DNA from: Alphaproteobacteria bacterium | GTDB taxonomy: Bacteria; Pseudomonadota; Alphaproteobacteria; SHVV01 | Assembly: GCA_965261735.1 (NCBI GenBank) | Contig: OZ253470.1 | Location: 4,448,001 to 4,512,000, forward strand | DNA: 64,000 nucleotides | Reading direction: 5' to 3' | In this document: positions 42,219 through 51,945 of the stretch, piece after piece | Layout of the letters: the number at the start of each line of letters is the position of its first letter | Numbering within the stretch: the stretch's first letter is position 1 | The notes under the pieces: model-generated | What the model was told of the DNA's origin: nothing | What the model saw: only the letters and a program-made list of their open reading frames with translations | Database searches by the model: none | Translations under genes and position numbers: made by a program

Positions 42219-43838
42219 TCAAATCCTCCCGTCGTAGGATCGCGGACCGATCTCGGCGGCGAGTATCGTGAAAGTGTCCCGGACCAGCGCCGCCGCCATC
42301 TCCCGTGCAAGGGTTTCGCGGTCGCGAACCCAAACGCCCTCGCCGCCGAGCGCTTCAGCGACGGCCGGAAAATCGGTAGCGCCGAAGTTCACGGCGAGAG
42401 CGGGAAGTTGCGAGCTGCGCTGCTTCATCTCGATCAGGCCAAGCTGGGTGTCGACGAAGACGACAATGGGGATGGCCAGCTTCAGGTCGCGGACCGTGGC
42501 AAGTTCGCCCAGGAACATCTCCAGGCCGGCATCGCCCACGGTCGCGACGACCGCGCGTTCGGGCTCCGCCAGCTTGCGGCCGATGGCGAGCGGAACCGCG
42601 CATCCCATCGTGCAGAGCGCGGAAGACTGCAGGAGGCCCCGGGGACGGTAGCATTCGTAGAGTTGGCTGAGGACGATCCGGTGGGCGCCGCTGTCGGTCG
42701 TGACCACGGCGTCGCGGGGCAGCGACCTGCGCAGCACGTCGACGACCGCCGCCGGGCCCCAGTCCTCGTCGATGCGGCTTTCCGCCCGAAGCGCCGACCT
42801 GACCGAAGCCGGCTCTTTCGACGGCCAGGTCTCGCGCGGCGTTACACCCCTGCCCAGCGCTTCGAGGCCGGCGCCGGCGTCGCCCGGGAACACGAGGGAA
42901 GCCCTGTGCATTCCATGACGATCGACGACCGCCGGAAGATCGATCGCACGGGCCCCTTCCGGCCAGGGGTCGCGCCAGCCGCTTCGCATCTCGATCGGAT
43001 CGTATCCGGCAAGGACGATACAGTCCGATGCTGCCACCAGAGGCAGAAGCCGCGTGTCGACCCGTGGGCTCAGCCCGGCGGCGCCGAGGGCGAGAGGATC
43101 GTCTTCGGACAACACGCCCTTCGCCTTGTAGGTTGTGATCAGGGGCACGCGGAATCGGTGGCAGAACGCCGCGACGGCTGCCTCCGCGCGCTGGGTCAGA
43201 ACATCGAGACCGGCGATCATGAGCGGGCGGCCCGCTTCCGCGAGCCACGCGCGGGCCGTATCCAGCGCTGCGCCGCGGGCCGGGGCCGTCGGCGCGGCGG
43301 CAGCGCCCGGGACCGGCAGCGCCGCGGGCTGTTCGCGGGTCTGCACGTCGATCGGGATGTCGAGGAGCACCGGGCCCGGCCGCCCTTCCGTCGCAATGGC
43401 AACTGCCTTGTCGGCGAGGATGGCGGCCATCCCGTCCTCGACGCGATACGCCGCCTTGGCGATCGGCTCCACCAGCTTGACGTGGTCGAACACCTGGTGG
43501 GTGTAGCTGTGCCGTTCGCCCGGGGAAACGCAACCCGTCAGGACCACCATCGGCACGCGGTCCTGGAAGGCGTTGGCGATGACGTTCACGGCGTTGGCGA
43601 TGCCCGGGCCGATAGTGGCCAGCAGGATTGCCGGGGCGAGATCGCGGTGATGGACGCCTTCGCCCATGAAGCCGGCGCAATTCTCGTGCTTAGCGAGCAC
43701 CACCCCGATGCCGGCCCGTTCGAGTGCGTCCATGATGGCGAGCACTTCTCCGCCGGGAATGCCGAATGCGTAGCGGCAGCCGGCCGCGGCGAGGCGTCGG
43801 GCGATCAGGTCTGCGGAACTGGGCAGGGCAATGCTCAC
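42219..43838 (-). CDS. Thiamine-pyrophosphate-binding enzyme (acetolactate synthase-like)
   Basis: FGIPGGE, KHENCAGFM, TIGPG, GRPGPV, TMGCAVP, GDAG; probable GTG start at 43838. Confidence 0.92.
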   Translation of the reverse strand: MSIALPSSADLIARRLAAAGCRYAFGIPGGEVLAIMDALERAGIGVVLAKHENCAGFMGEGVHHRDLAPAILLATIGPGIANAVNVIANAFQDRVPMVVLTGCVSPGERHSYTHQVFDHVKLVEPIAKAAYRVEDGMAAILADKAVAIATEGRPGPVLLDIPIDVQTREQPAALPVPGAAAAPTAPARGAALDTARAWLAEAGRPLMIAGLDVLTQRAEAAVAAFCHRFRVPLITTYKAKGVLSEDDPLALGAAGLSPRVDTRLLPLVAASDCIVLAGYDPIEMRSGWRDPWPEGARAIDLPAVVDRHGMHRASLVFPGDAGAGLEALGRGVTPRETWPSKEPASVRSALRAESRIDEDWGPAAVVDVLRRSLPRDAVVTTDSGAHRIVLSQLYECYRPRGLLQSSALCTMGCAVPLAIGRKLAEPERAVVATVGDAGLEMFLGELATVRDLKLAIPIVVFVDTQLGLIEMKQRSSQLPALAVNFGATDFPAVAEALGGEGVWVRDRETLAREMAAALVRDTFTILAAEIGPRSYDGRI

Positions 43839-44359
43839 GATCCCGGCCTGTCGCCGGCCTGCGAAGCGCTGACGGCGCTCACGGCGTCCACGGTCGATAC
43901 GTCGCCGTCCGGGCCTAGCCGCCTCCCGCTGCGCCGAGCATCGCCGCCCAGCCGGCGCCCGCTGGCGCCGGCGCTCGCACGACGACTCGCATCGGCTGCC
44001 GTCTTCCCCGGTTCGCGCCATGGTCCCGGCGCGAAACGATACATGGTGAAGGATGTCCGGCGGAACGCCCCGAGGGGTGACGGCCGCGGGACGGGCTTCC
44101 GGACGCGCCGGGTTCGATTTTCCGGTGTTCGGAGCGGCGTGTTGCCGACCGGTACGCCAAGCGGAATGAACCTTCGCTCCAATTCGGCAATGCGCTGTCC
44201 CCGTCCTGTTCGAGCGGCCCTCGTGCCCGCGGCCGGAATGCGCGCTCCCCGTCGCCGGGGGGCCTGTCACAGGGGTTCCCGAAGACGCCCGGCGCACGAT
44301 TCGTGGCGGCCCACTTGATATTTGCTTTTACCAGGCTATACGCTCTTTTGTGCCTTTAG

Positions 44360-45330
44360 CCTGACTTATTCATCGGAGGCGGAGTTTATCGGTTGATTTT
44401 ATATTCGTGTGGCTTTGTGTTCGGCGCCTTGCGGTGCCGGGATTTGAGGTTGGCGGTGTCTGGGTCTGGGGTTGAACGGGCTCGGGTTCTCGGGACACGG
44501 CGCCCCGGCGATCAGGGGCCCGCGGCGGCCAGGCGCCCGGCCAGCAGGCGGAACAGGGCGGCGTCTGGACAGGGCGAGGCGAAGTGGATGCGGATGCTGG
44601 CGGCCCTCTCGACGACGCGGGCGCCGATCTTGAGCAAGTTCTTCCTGAGGGTCGCGAACTCGGCCCAGGCAAGCGGCATCCGGCGGGGCACGGCATCGCG
44701 GAGGGCGAGCATCAGCCAGTAGGCTGCGGTGTGCAGGACGAGGCGGAACTGGTTGGCGATCGGGTTCTGGCAGGAGGTCCGGTCGGAGGCGAGCTGGCCC
44801 TTGTGCAGCTTGATGAGGTTCTCGGCCTGGCTGCGAGCGCAATAGACAGCTTCGTAGAGATGGCGGGCGTCTCCGCCGAGCGAGGTGACGATGTAGCGGG
44901 CGTCGAAGCCGCGCGCGGTCGCCTCCAGCCGGGCGATGACCCGGCGTTCGCGGCCCCAGGACCGGGCGGCGTAGGCGAAGGCGGCGAAGCCCCGCATCCT
45001 GTCCGCGCCGGCCTCGGCGCGGCGCACCCTGAGGTCGTCGGCGACATCGTATGCGAGGGGCGGTGCAGCGCGCGATTGCCCGACAGGCCGAAGATGTAGT
45101 CGACGCCGTTGTCCTCGCACCACGCCATGGCCTCCGCGCGGCCGTAGTGGCTGTCTCCCCGGAAGGTGAGCCGGGTGCGCGGCCAGTGTCGGCGGATGCG
45201 GCGGACCAGGTACTTGAGGAGAGTGCGGACCTCGGCACCGGACGGTGTCTCGCCGGGGCGTAGGAGCACCGCCACCGGCTTGCCGCTCGCCACATGGTAG
45301 ACGTGGACTGGCGGGAAGCAGCGGGTGTGT
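44360..45330 (-). mobile_element. IS1380-family 3' part (relative of 37541-39074), frameshifted
   Basis: End CCTGACTTATTCATCGGAGG; retains the segment deleted in the other copy. Confidence 0.9.
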
Positions 45331-45338
45331 GCGCCAGG

Positions 45339-45941
45339 CTAACCCCCATCCCGATTCCATGGGGTTGGAAGCCCAACGGGGCCGGCAGCATCCGCAGTTG
45401 CCCGGCGACCAGGCCGCGCAGCTTCATCAGCGACCAGGCCGCGCAGCTTCATCAACGCGCTGTCGCTCTTGAGGCGCTCGCGTACCGCCCCCATGGTGGC
45501 GGCGCAGCCCGCGAGCCGGTCGGGGATCAGGCCGATGACCCGGGCAAGCACGTTATGAACGAGACGCACTCGGGGGCGGACCCAACGCATGGCGCCGGGA
45601 AGCTCGACGGCGTCGCGGCGCAGCTCGTTCGCCGCCTCCTCCTGGCTCCTCGCGCCCTCGGCCGCAACCACAACCGCTTCCAGCGCGTCCAGCGTGCCCG
45701 GCAGCCGCGCCGCCAGACAGTCCGGCAGAAGGCTGAAGGTCGTATGGCTCTCGGGGCAATACCAGCGAGCGATCCGCGTACCCGGCGGCGTCTTGCGCTC
45801 ATAGGTCCCGTGCCGGGCCAGAGAACAGCCGCCCCGCGGATGGTTCGGGTACCGCTCAAGCCTTGCCCTGCGCCATGCCCCGCCGGTAACGTACCGCTCG
45901 CCGGTAAGCCCCGTCTCATAACGAAGCTGCACACCGGCCAT
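45339..45941 (-). pseudogene. Transposon-associated hypothetical protein (DUF6431-like), frameshifted by a 25-bp tandem duplication
   Basis: RHGTYERK..IARWYCPESHTTFSLLPDCLA; GCGACCAGGCCGCGCAGCTTCATCA twice at 45405-45454. Confidence 0.55.
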
Positions 45942-46069
45942 GGCCCGGCGGGGGATCGGCCCGCGCGGGCCTCTTTCTTGTTCATCGCCAGCCCGAGACT
46001 ACGGCCCCACCCCGGCACCGCCAAGCGGCCAAGCCGTCAACGCCGGCCAATCCCATCGCGCAGTCGGCC

Positions 46070-46402
46070 ACCGCAAGCATCGCCATCGCATGCGCTACCA
46101 CGCCCTGAAGGAAGAGGGCATCGCCATCGGCTCAGGCGTGGTCGAGGCTGCCAACAAGACCCTGGTGACACAGCGCATGAAGCGCTCCGGCATGCGCTGG
46201 CGGATCGTCGGCGGACAGGCTGTTCTGACCTTCCGCGCCCTGATCAAATCCGGCCGCTTCGAGCGCGCATGGAAGGCCCTGATCAGCGCAACCGACACAC
46301 CGGCCAACGACAACATCAGTCCACGTGCAGCAGCCATGGCAATCGCTGCCTGAACTCAACGAACCAAGCCGCAGACATCACTGCCATGCGAGACTCGCAC
46401 CC
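46070..46402 (+). mobile_element. ISKra4-type transposase 3' fragment
   Basis: RMRY....G.AIGSGVVEAANKTLV.QRMKRSGMRW. Confidence 0.8.
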
Positions 46403-46587
46403 ATCCGTTGGCGTAGACAACCCGCCCGGACGGCACGGCTTCCTGGACAAAAGGATGCAGGCTGTCCGCGGACCCGTCCTTAACGCGCCGAAAACGAATT
46501 CGGCCTGCGCTGCACCCTCTTTGTCAGCTGCACCCTATCGCACGTCCTTCCAGGATCGGCAGAGCAAAATGTAGCTGCTTGCCAGCT

Positions 46588-46824
46588 TCAGCCGCCGGAC
46601 CGTGTCTCCGCGACAATTTCCTTCATCCGGGCGCCGTCGATGGCGCCCGGAACCAGGGTGTCTCCGATCACGAATGCAGGTGTCCCCCGGATGCCGAGTG
46701 TCTTGGCCAACCGCACTGTTTCTTGCAGATATTTCTCTATGGCCGGATCCTTCATGTCCCGGCGAAGTTGCTCGATGTTCAACCCGAGTTTCTCAGCAAC
46801 GCCTATCACACCGGCTTCGGTCAA
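46588..46824 (-). pseudogene. DsbA-family protein C-terminal fragment
   Basis: LAKTLGIRGTPAFVIGD..VPGA; CxxC half absent. Confidence 0.78.
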
Positions 46825-46927
46825 TCCCGCGTTCGGGAGCTCCGGATTGAGATTGACCGCGAAACAGGCCCTGTTTTCCGTGGCTTGGCCGCGCCATGCG
46901 ATGAAGAGACAGCTGCGCCGGGGTGGC

Positions 46928-46952
46928 TGGCGGAGTGGATGGGATTCGAACC
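46928..46952 (-). other. tRNA 3'-end-like sequence GGTTCGAATCCCATCCACTCCGCCA (att-like; not an intact tRNA)
   Basis: T-arm plus acceptor strand ending GCCA; no 5' half seen. Confidence 0.7.
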
Positions 46953-47198
46953 AACGCTATGCTTTGCGTACCGCCTTGTTTTTTCGGAGTGTTTTCAGCA
47001 CTTTAGGCTCTGAGAAATCCGCGCCAAACGAGCTCTTTGTACTGGATTTCTGCGCGCAAGGAAGCGGTACTGTCGTCAGGTCGAGGAACGGGACAGGCCC
47101 CGCTCTCCACCCGCCCGGACCGGGGTTCATAATCCCTACCGGGCTTGGGGTGGTGGGAGGCCGCGCAAGGGGCGCGGCCGGAGACGGAGGACCGCCCT

Positions 47199-47495
47199 AT
47201 GACCAAACGAACCCCGAACAAAACGCGCCCGCGCACCCGTGCGGAGAAGAAGAGCGCCGCGACGAGCGCTCAGGAATCGGATGCGGCCAGACGCCCCAGC
47301 GGCAAGCTCGGCCTGATCGTGGACCGGCTCGAACGAACGGCCGGAGCGACGATCGACGAACTTGTCGATGCGACGGGCTGGCAGAAACATTCGGTCCACG
47401 GCGCTCTGAGCCGGCTCAGGTCAGCGGGCTTCGCCATTCGTCTGGAATTGACGGTGGGACGGAAGGCCTATCGGCTCGCACCGGCCGAGGCGTAA
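47199..47495 (+). CDS. DUF3489-family small (HTH-like) protein
   Basis: GATIDELVDATGWQKHSVHGALS..YRL; RBS GGAGG. Confidence 0.85.
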   Translation: MTKRTPNKTRPRTRAEKKSAATSAQESDAARRPSGKLGLIVDRLERTAGATIDELVDATGWQKHSVHGALSRLRSAGFAIRLELTVGRKAYRLAPAEA

Positions 47496-47498
47496 GCC

Positions 47499-48038
47499 AT
47501 GTCAGTTACGGAAATCCACACTATAGAAAGCCCGACGCGCGTAGACGGCGCGCCAGGTGACGCGGGCTGCGAAGACGCAGTGGCTGCCAAGCTTCGGGCT
47601 CTCGAGGGTATGACCTACGACGGATTGCGCGTCGAATGGCGGCGGCTTTACCGCGCCCAACCGCCGAAGCGGGTGGCGCGCGGTCTGCTCGTGCTTGGTG
47701 TCGCCTGGAAGATTCAGGAGCAGGCCTATGGCGGCCTTGGCGCAGCCACCAAGCGGCGCCTCGCCGATCTGGCGAAGACCATGGAACAGGACGGCGACCT
47801 CGCCCGGAGTCGTGTTGCGCGGCTGAAACCCGGGGCGAGGCTGGTGCGTGAATGGCGCGGCCAAACCCACACGGTGATCGTTCTCGAAGACGGGTTCGAA
47901 TGGCAGGGCAAACGATGGCGATCGCTGTCGGTGATCGCCCGCGAGATCACCGACGCTCACTGGTCCGGCCCGCGCTTTTTTGGTCTGAACGGGAAAGCGG
48001 AGGCAGGCGTCGCGATCGGGGAGGCGGGCGATGGGTAA
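47499..48038 (+). CDS. DUF2924-family protein
   Basis: AWKIQEQAYGGL, LKPGARLVREWRG..H.V, SLSVIAREIT..HWSGPRFFGL. Confidence 0.9.
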   Translation: MSVTEIHTIESPTRVDGAPGDAGCEDAVAAKLRALEGMTYDGLRVEWRRLYRAQPPKRVARGLLVLGVAWKIQEQAYGGLGAATKRRLADLAKTMEQDGDLARSRVARLKPGARLVREWRGQTHTVIVLEDGFEWQGKRWRSLSVIAREITDAHWSGPRFFGLNGKAEAGVAIGEAGDG

Positions 48039-49776
48039 ATCCACGACTCGCAAGGGGACGAACGGCAAGGCATTAATCCGCTGCGCCATCTACACTCGGA
48101 AATCATCGGAGGACGGCCTCGAGCAGGACTTCAACTCGCTCGATGCCCAGCGGGAATCCTGCGAAGCCTTTATCCTCAGTCAGAAGCACGAGGGCTGGAC
48201 CGCGCTGCCCGAGATGTACGATGACGGCGGCCTCTCCGGCGGCACCCTTGAGAGACCCGCCCTGAAACGGATTCTTGCGGATATCGAGGCCCACCGGATC
48301 GACACTGTGGTCGTCTACAAGGTGGATCGACTGACACGCTCGCTCGGTGACTTCGCCAAGATCGTGGAAATCTTCGACAAGCGGAACGTGTCCTTCGTCT
48401 CGGTGACCCAGCAGTTTAACACCACGACATCGATGGGGAGGTTGACCCTCAACATGCTGCTCTCCTTCGCCCAGTTCGAGCGCGAGGTCACCGGCGAACG
48501 CATCCGCGACAAGATCGCGGCTTCGAAGAAGAAGGGCATGTGGATGGGCGGCAACGTGTCCCTCGGCTATGTGGTGAAGGACCGGAAACTTCTGATCGAC
48601 GAGGCGGAGGCCAAGACGGTCCGACATATCTACCGGCGATACGCCACGCTCGGCTCGGTCTGGACCCTCAAGGAGGAGCTTGACCGCGATGGCGTGGTCA
48701 GCAAAGTGCGGGTCGACAGGTGCGGGCGTGCGACCGGCGGAAACCCGCTTGCCCGTGGTGCGCTCTATACGATGCTGCAGAACCGCATCTACCGTGGCCG
48801 GATCGTCCACAAGGACAAGCACTATCCGGGCGAGCATGAGGCGATCGTCGACGAGGCGCTCTGGGACGAGGTGCAGCGGCAACTGGCGGCCAACCAAATC
48901 GACCGCGCGACCGGCACTCATGCCGCGGAGCCGAGCCTTCTAGCGGGGTTGATTTACGACGACAGCGGCCAGCGCATGACGCCGAGCCACGCCAACAAGA
49001 AGGGGACGCGCTACCGCTATTACGTGTCGCAAGCCCTGGTCAGCGAAATCCGGCGTTCCGCGCCGAGAGCTCGACGGGTCCCGGCAAGTGATGTCGAGCG
49101 GTTGGGACAAGAACGGCTTACGGTCTTCTTAAAAAGCCAGGGTGAAATCTTCGACGCTGTCGAACCGCTTTTTGATGATGTGAACAGAAGGCAGGAGGTT
49201 GTCGACCTGGCCGCGGACCTTGCCGCCCGCTGGCCGGACCTGGAGCCGGCGACGAAACGCCAGATATTCGAACGTCTCGTCAGTCGGATCAACCTTACGC
49301 AGGAAACACTTGAAATCCGGATTGCACCGAGCCGGTTGCTGGAGATTCTTTGGGAAGAGGACAACCCAAAAACCTTCGAGCCAGCTTTGTGGGACAACGA
49401 GCTGACCGTAACCTTCACGGTTCCGGCGCATCTTAAGCGCGCCGGAATGGAGACCAGACTTCTGATCGAAGGCGCGGACGGCAGCGCACGAAAATCCCCG
49501 GATCGCAGTCTGCTCAGACTTTTGAGCCAGGCGCAGCGCTTCCACGAAATGGTGCTGCACAACCGGGGCAGGACGATGACGGAGCTTGCCATCGAGGCGA
49601 GCGTCGGTGGGTCTTACTTCACCCGGATCCTGCGGCTCAGCTTCCTCGCGCCGGAGGTCGTGAAGACCATCCTCCGGGACCGCCATCCGCTCGAGCTGAC
49701 CGCGAACAAGCTTGCAGGCGACACGCGCCTGCCAATCGCATGGGAAGAACAGCGCGCCCGGTTCGGGATCGCCTGA
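48031..49776 (+). CDS. Large serine recombinase (intact)
   Basis: CAIYTRKSS catalytic motif, SLDAQ, DDGGLSG, RPAL, VDRLTRS, recombinase domain, YRYYVS. Confidence 0.95.
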   Translation: MGKSTTRKGTNGKALIRCAIYTRKSSEDGLEQDFNSLDAQRESCEAFILSQKHEGWTALPEMYDDGGLSGGTLERPALKRILADIEAHRIDTVVVYKVDRLTRSLGDFAKIVEIFDKRNVSFVSVTQQFNTTTSMGRLTLNMLLSFAQFEREVTGERIRDKIAASKKKGMWMGGNVSLGYVVKDRKLLIDEAEAKTVRHIYRRYATLGSVWTLKEELDRDGVVSKVRVDRCGRATGGNPLARGALYTMLQNRIYRGRIVHKDKHYPGEHEAIVDEALWDEVQRQLAANQIDRATGTHAAEPSLLAGLIYDDSGQRMTPSHANKKGTRYRYYVSQALVSEIRRSAPRARRVPASDVERLGQERLTVFLKSQGEIFDAVEPLFDDVNRRQEVVDLAADLAARWPDLEPATKRQIFERLVSRINLTQETLEIRIAPSRLLEILWEEDNPKTFEPALWDNELTVTFTVPAHLKRAGMETRLLIEGADGSARKSPDRSLLRLLSQAQRFHEMVLHNRGRTMTELAIEASVGGSYFTRILRLSFLAPEVVKTILRDRHPLELTANKLAGDTRLPIAWEEQRARFGIA

Positions 49777-49891
49777 GCCAGGGTCTCGGCCACGACGGAA
49801 AGGCGTATCGGGCGCAACCCCCGGAAGTTTCGGGACAAGTTCGAATCCATCCAGCGTCCTGAATAAACATTATATAACAATGACTTAAGTG

Positions 49892-50125
49892 TGGCGGAGG
49901 ACGCAGTCTGCTGCGAACCTGTCTCTGCGCCAATTCCCTGTTAAACAGGGAAAATACAGGGAATTATTGCAGATTCGACCTTAAATCGGCGGGAGTGGGC
50001 CGTCTAAGGCGTTGATATCATAGGGAATCGAGACCCAATTCCCTACGCCACGGAACAGGGAATTATTATTGGCCTAACAGGGAATTTTCCAGGGTGAACA
50101 GGGAAATTCACTCGCCGAACAGGGA
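49892..50125. repeat. Recombinase-associated att-like site with phased ACAGGGA repeats (copy 2)
   Basis: ACAGGGA at 49945, 49956, 50055, 50077, 50098, 50119; inverted AATTCCCT copies at ~49932 and ~50037. Confidence 0.8.
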
Positions 50126-50158
50126 GCCGTCAACCTTGAACATCTATTCCTCCTTTGC

Positions 50159-50892
50159 TCAGCAGCCACGCGGCACCACGCTTTGCGATCCGCGCAGGCC
50201 GAGATCCGTATAACGCCAAGCGAGTTCGAGCGTCGTGTCGTCGTCCAGAGATGTCGCGATCCCAGCCGTCAGCATCCAGGCGAGGTTGACCCGACGCCCG
50301 CCCGGAACGATGGTCGTCGTCCTCGGAAACGCCATGCGGGTTTCTCCAATCTCGACCCGGACGGCTCCAGCGCCACCTCCGAGAAACGGGCTGAAACGGC
50401 CCAGCCTCGGCACGCCCAGTTCCGGCAAGTCCACGTAAGCGGCCAGCATGCCCGACAAGGAGGAGAGGTTCGCCGAGACCGACTGCTGGCGCGCGGGCTC
50501 CAGGAAATTGGCGCGTCCGAAGGCGAAGCGCGGCCGGTATTCGACCAGGGCTTCGACCCGCGCGGCGCGCGTGAGTATATGGCCGATCCCGAACTCAACG
50601 CCGGCCACCGTCCCGAAATCGCCTAGCGAACGCAGGGCCGCACCGTCGCCGCCCGTGCCGCAGCCATACAGCGCCGCCGGAGAAACGCTCGAACAATCCT
50701 TGTCCATGAACCGGGTCTCGGCGGGGCGGTCGAAACCGATCCCGGCTCGCAGATAGACGTCGTCCGCGATCCCGACCCCCGGGACCATGGTTGCCGCGAT
50801 ACCGATCAGGGCCGCAGCCAAGTGGAGCCATTTCACCCGCGACGGCACCGTGCATGCCGGCATGGCAACTGGAGAGCCGGTACCGTCTTTCA
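50159..50892 (-). pseudogene. Outer-membrane beta-barrel (opacity/Omp-type) protein, last strand missing
   Basis: Signal peptide; YLRAGIG, YVDL, PFLGGGAG, AWMLTAG, LAWRYTDLG, then unrelated tail without terminal Phe. Confidence 0.7.
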
Positions 50893-51945
50893 TGTTCGAC
50901 CGGGAATCGCGACCGCCATATCGCATCGATCCGCTTTGCATCGTCGTGGTGGTGGGTGCCTGCGTCATTCGCCTGTGGCGCAATTCAGGCAATTCCGGGT
51001 GATTGTTCAAATTGGCTCGGTGCACGGCCATCCCTTCCAGTCAGCTGACCTCTTCCGATTTGCGCCCGCCAAGCTTTGTCGATTCCTACCGGCGCAGTTC
51101 CGCGACACGGCCTCGATCTGGCGCGGCGGATCATCGCGGGGATATAGAGAATATTGTTCGGTTCGTCACGGCTAACGGCGTCGTCGGGGCCGAAGACAGA
51201 ATTCTGGCCCGTGACACCCTCATCGTCGACCGCTTGCGCACGCCTGTCGCGGGCTCCATCATTCCCGCCACAATCGAGACGCTCGCAACGAGCCGACCGC
51301 CACCCGAGCCAAGTGTAACGGCCTCTTGAACGCGCCCGCCGATAGCGCCGACGGCGGTGCAATCCGCCCGTTCGGCGTCCTATCGAAAAGTTCGTCACTA
51401 CTTCACCCGAGCCCCGGCCACCGTTTGAAAAATCCGTCCCGCGCGCCCTCTGCGTCAAGGCGCCGATCCTTCCAAACCCGAAACCCGTGCCGCAGCCCAC
51501 CGCGACGACACTCTTCGTCGCGGTTTCCCTTTGCGAACAGCGCGCCGCAAAGAGTCCGAGCTTGGCCGGGAGGCGGGCGGCGGATGGACACTCGAGAGGG
51601 CGCCCCCGCCGTTCGCAACCACGGACCCACGGGAGACGGCACAATGCAGATGGCCACAACGCTTCGCCGCAGCACGCACACTTTCCTCACTCATTTGTTC
51701 CGCCCGGGCCTCGATGACGACCGTTACGTGATTGAGCGGTTCCAGTCGAAAGCCGACGGCGAGATCCGCCCCCGGCGCCGCAATGGGTCGTCGAAGATGT
51801 TGTTCGGCTCCGAACATTGCCCCTGACAAATGAACGGAATCAACAACTTGCTGAGCCGATCGGCGTCAAACGGGCGCGCCGATCAACACCTAAACTGTGA
51901 ATCCCGAGGCCGCCCTGTCGGATGCCGGCGCCATCCAGGGCGCGG

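Larger units (their letters stand above)
46928..49899 (+). mobile_element. Minimal integrative element DUF3489-DUF2924-large serine recombinase
   Basis: Direct repeat TGGCGGAG at 46928-46935 and 49892-49899; the two flanks rejoin into a site like 6465-6782. Confidence 0.7.

Noticed and set aside
42159-44318. Long antisense ORFs (719 aa here; also 40295-42310, 32738-34384, 15753-17258)
   Set aside because: Shadow frames of real genes in high-GC DNA; Arg/Pro/Ala-rich with no motifs
43840-44340. TPP riboswitch upstream of the TPP enzyme
   Set aside because: Conserved CUGAGA and ACCUGA elements were not found on the minus strand
46928-47010. Intact tRNA gene
   Set aside because: Only the T-arm and 3' acceptor strand are present; no D-arm, anticodon arm or 5' strand recognised
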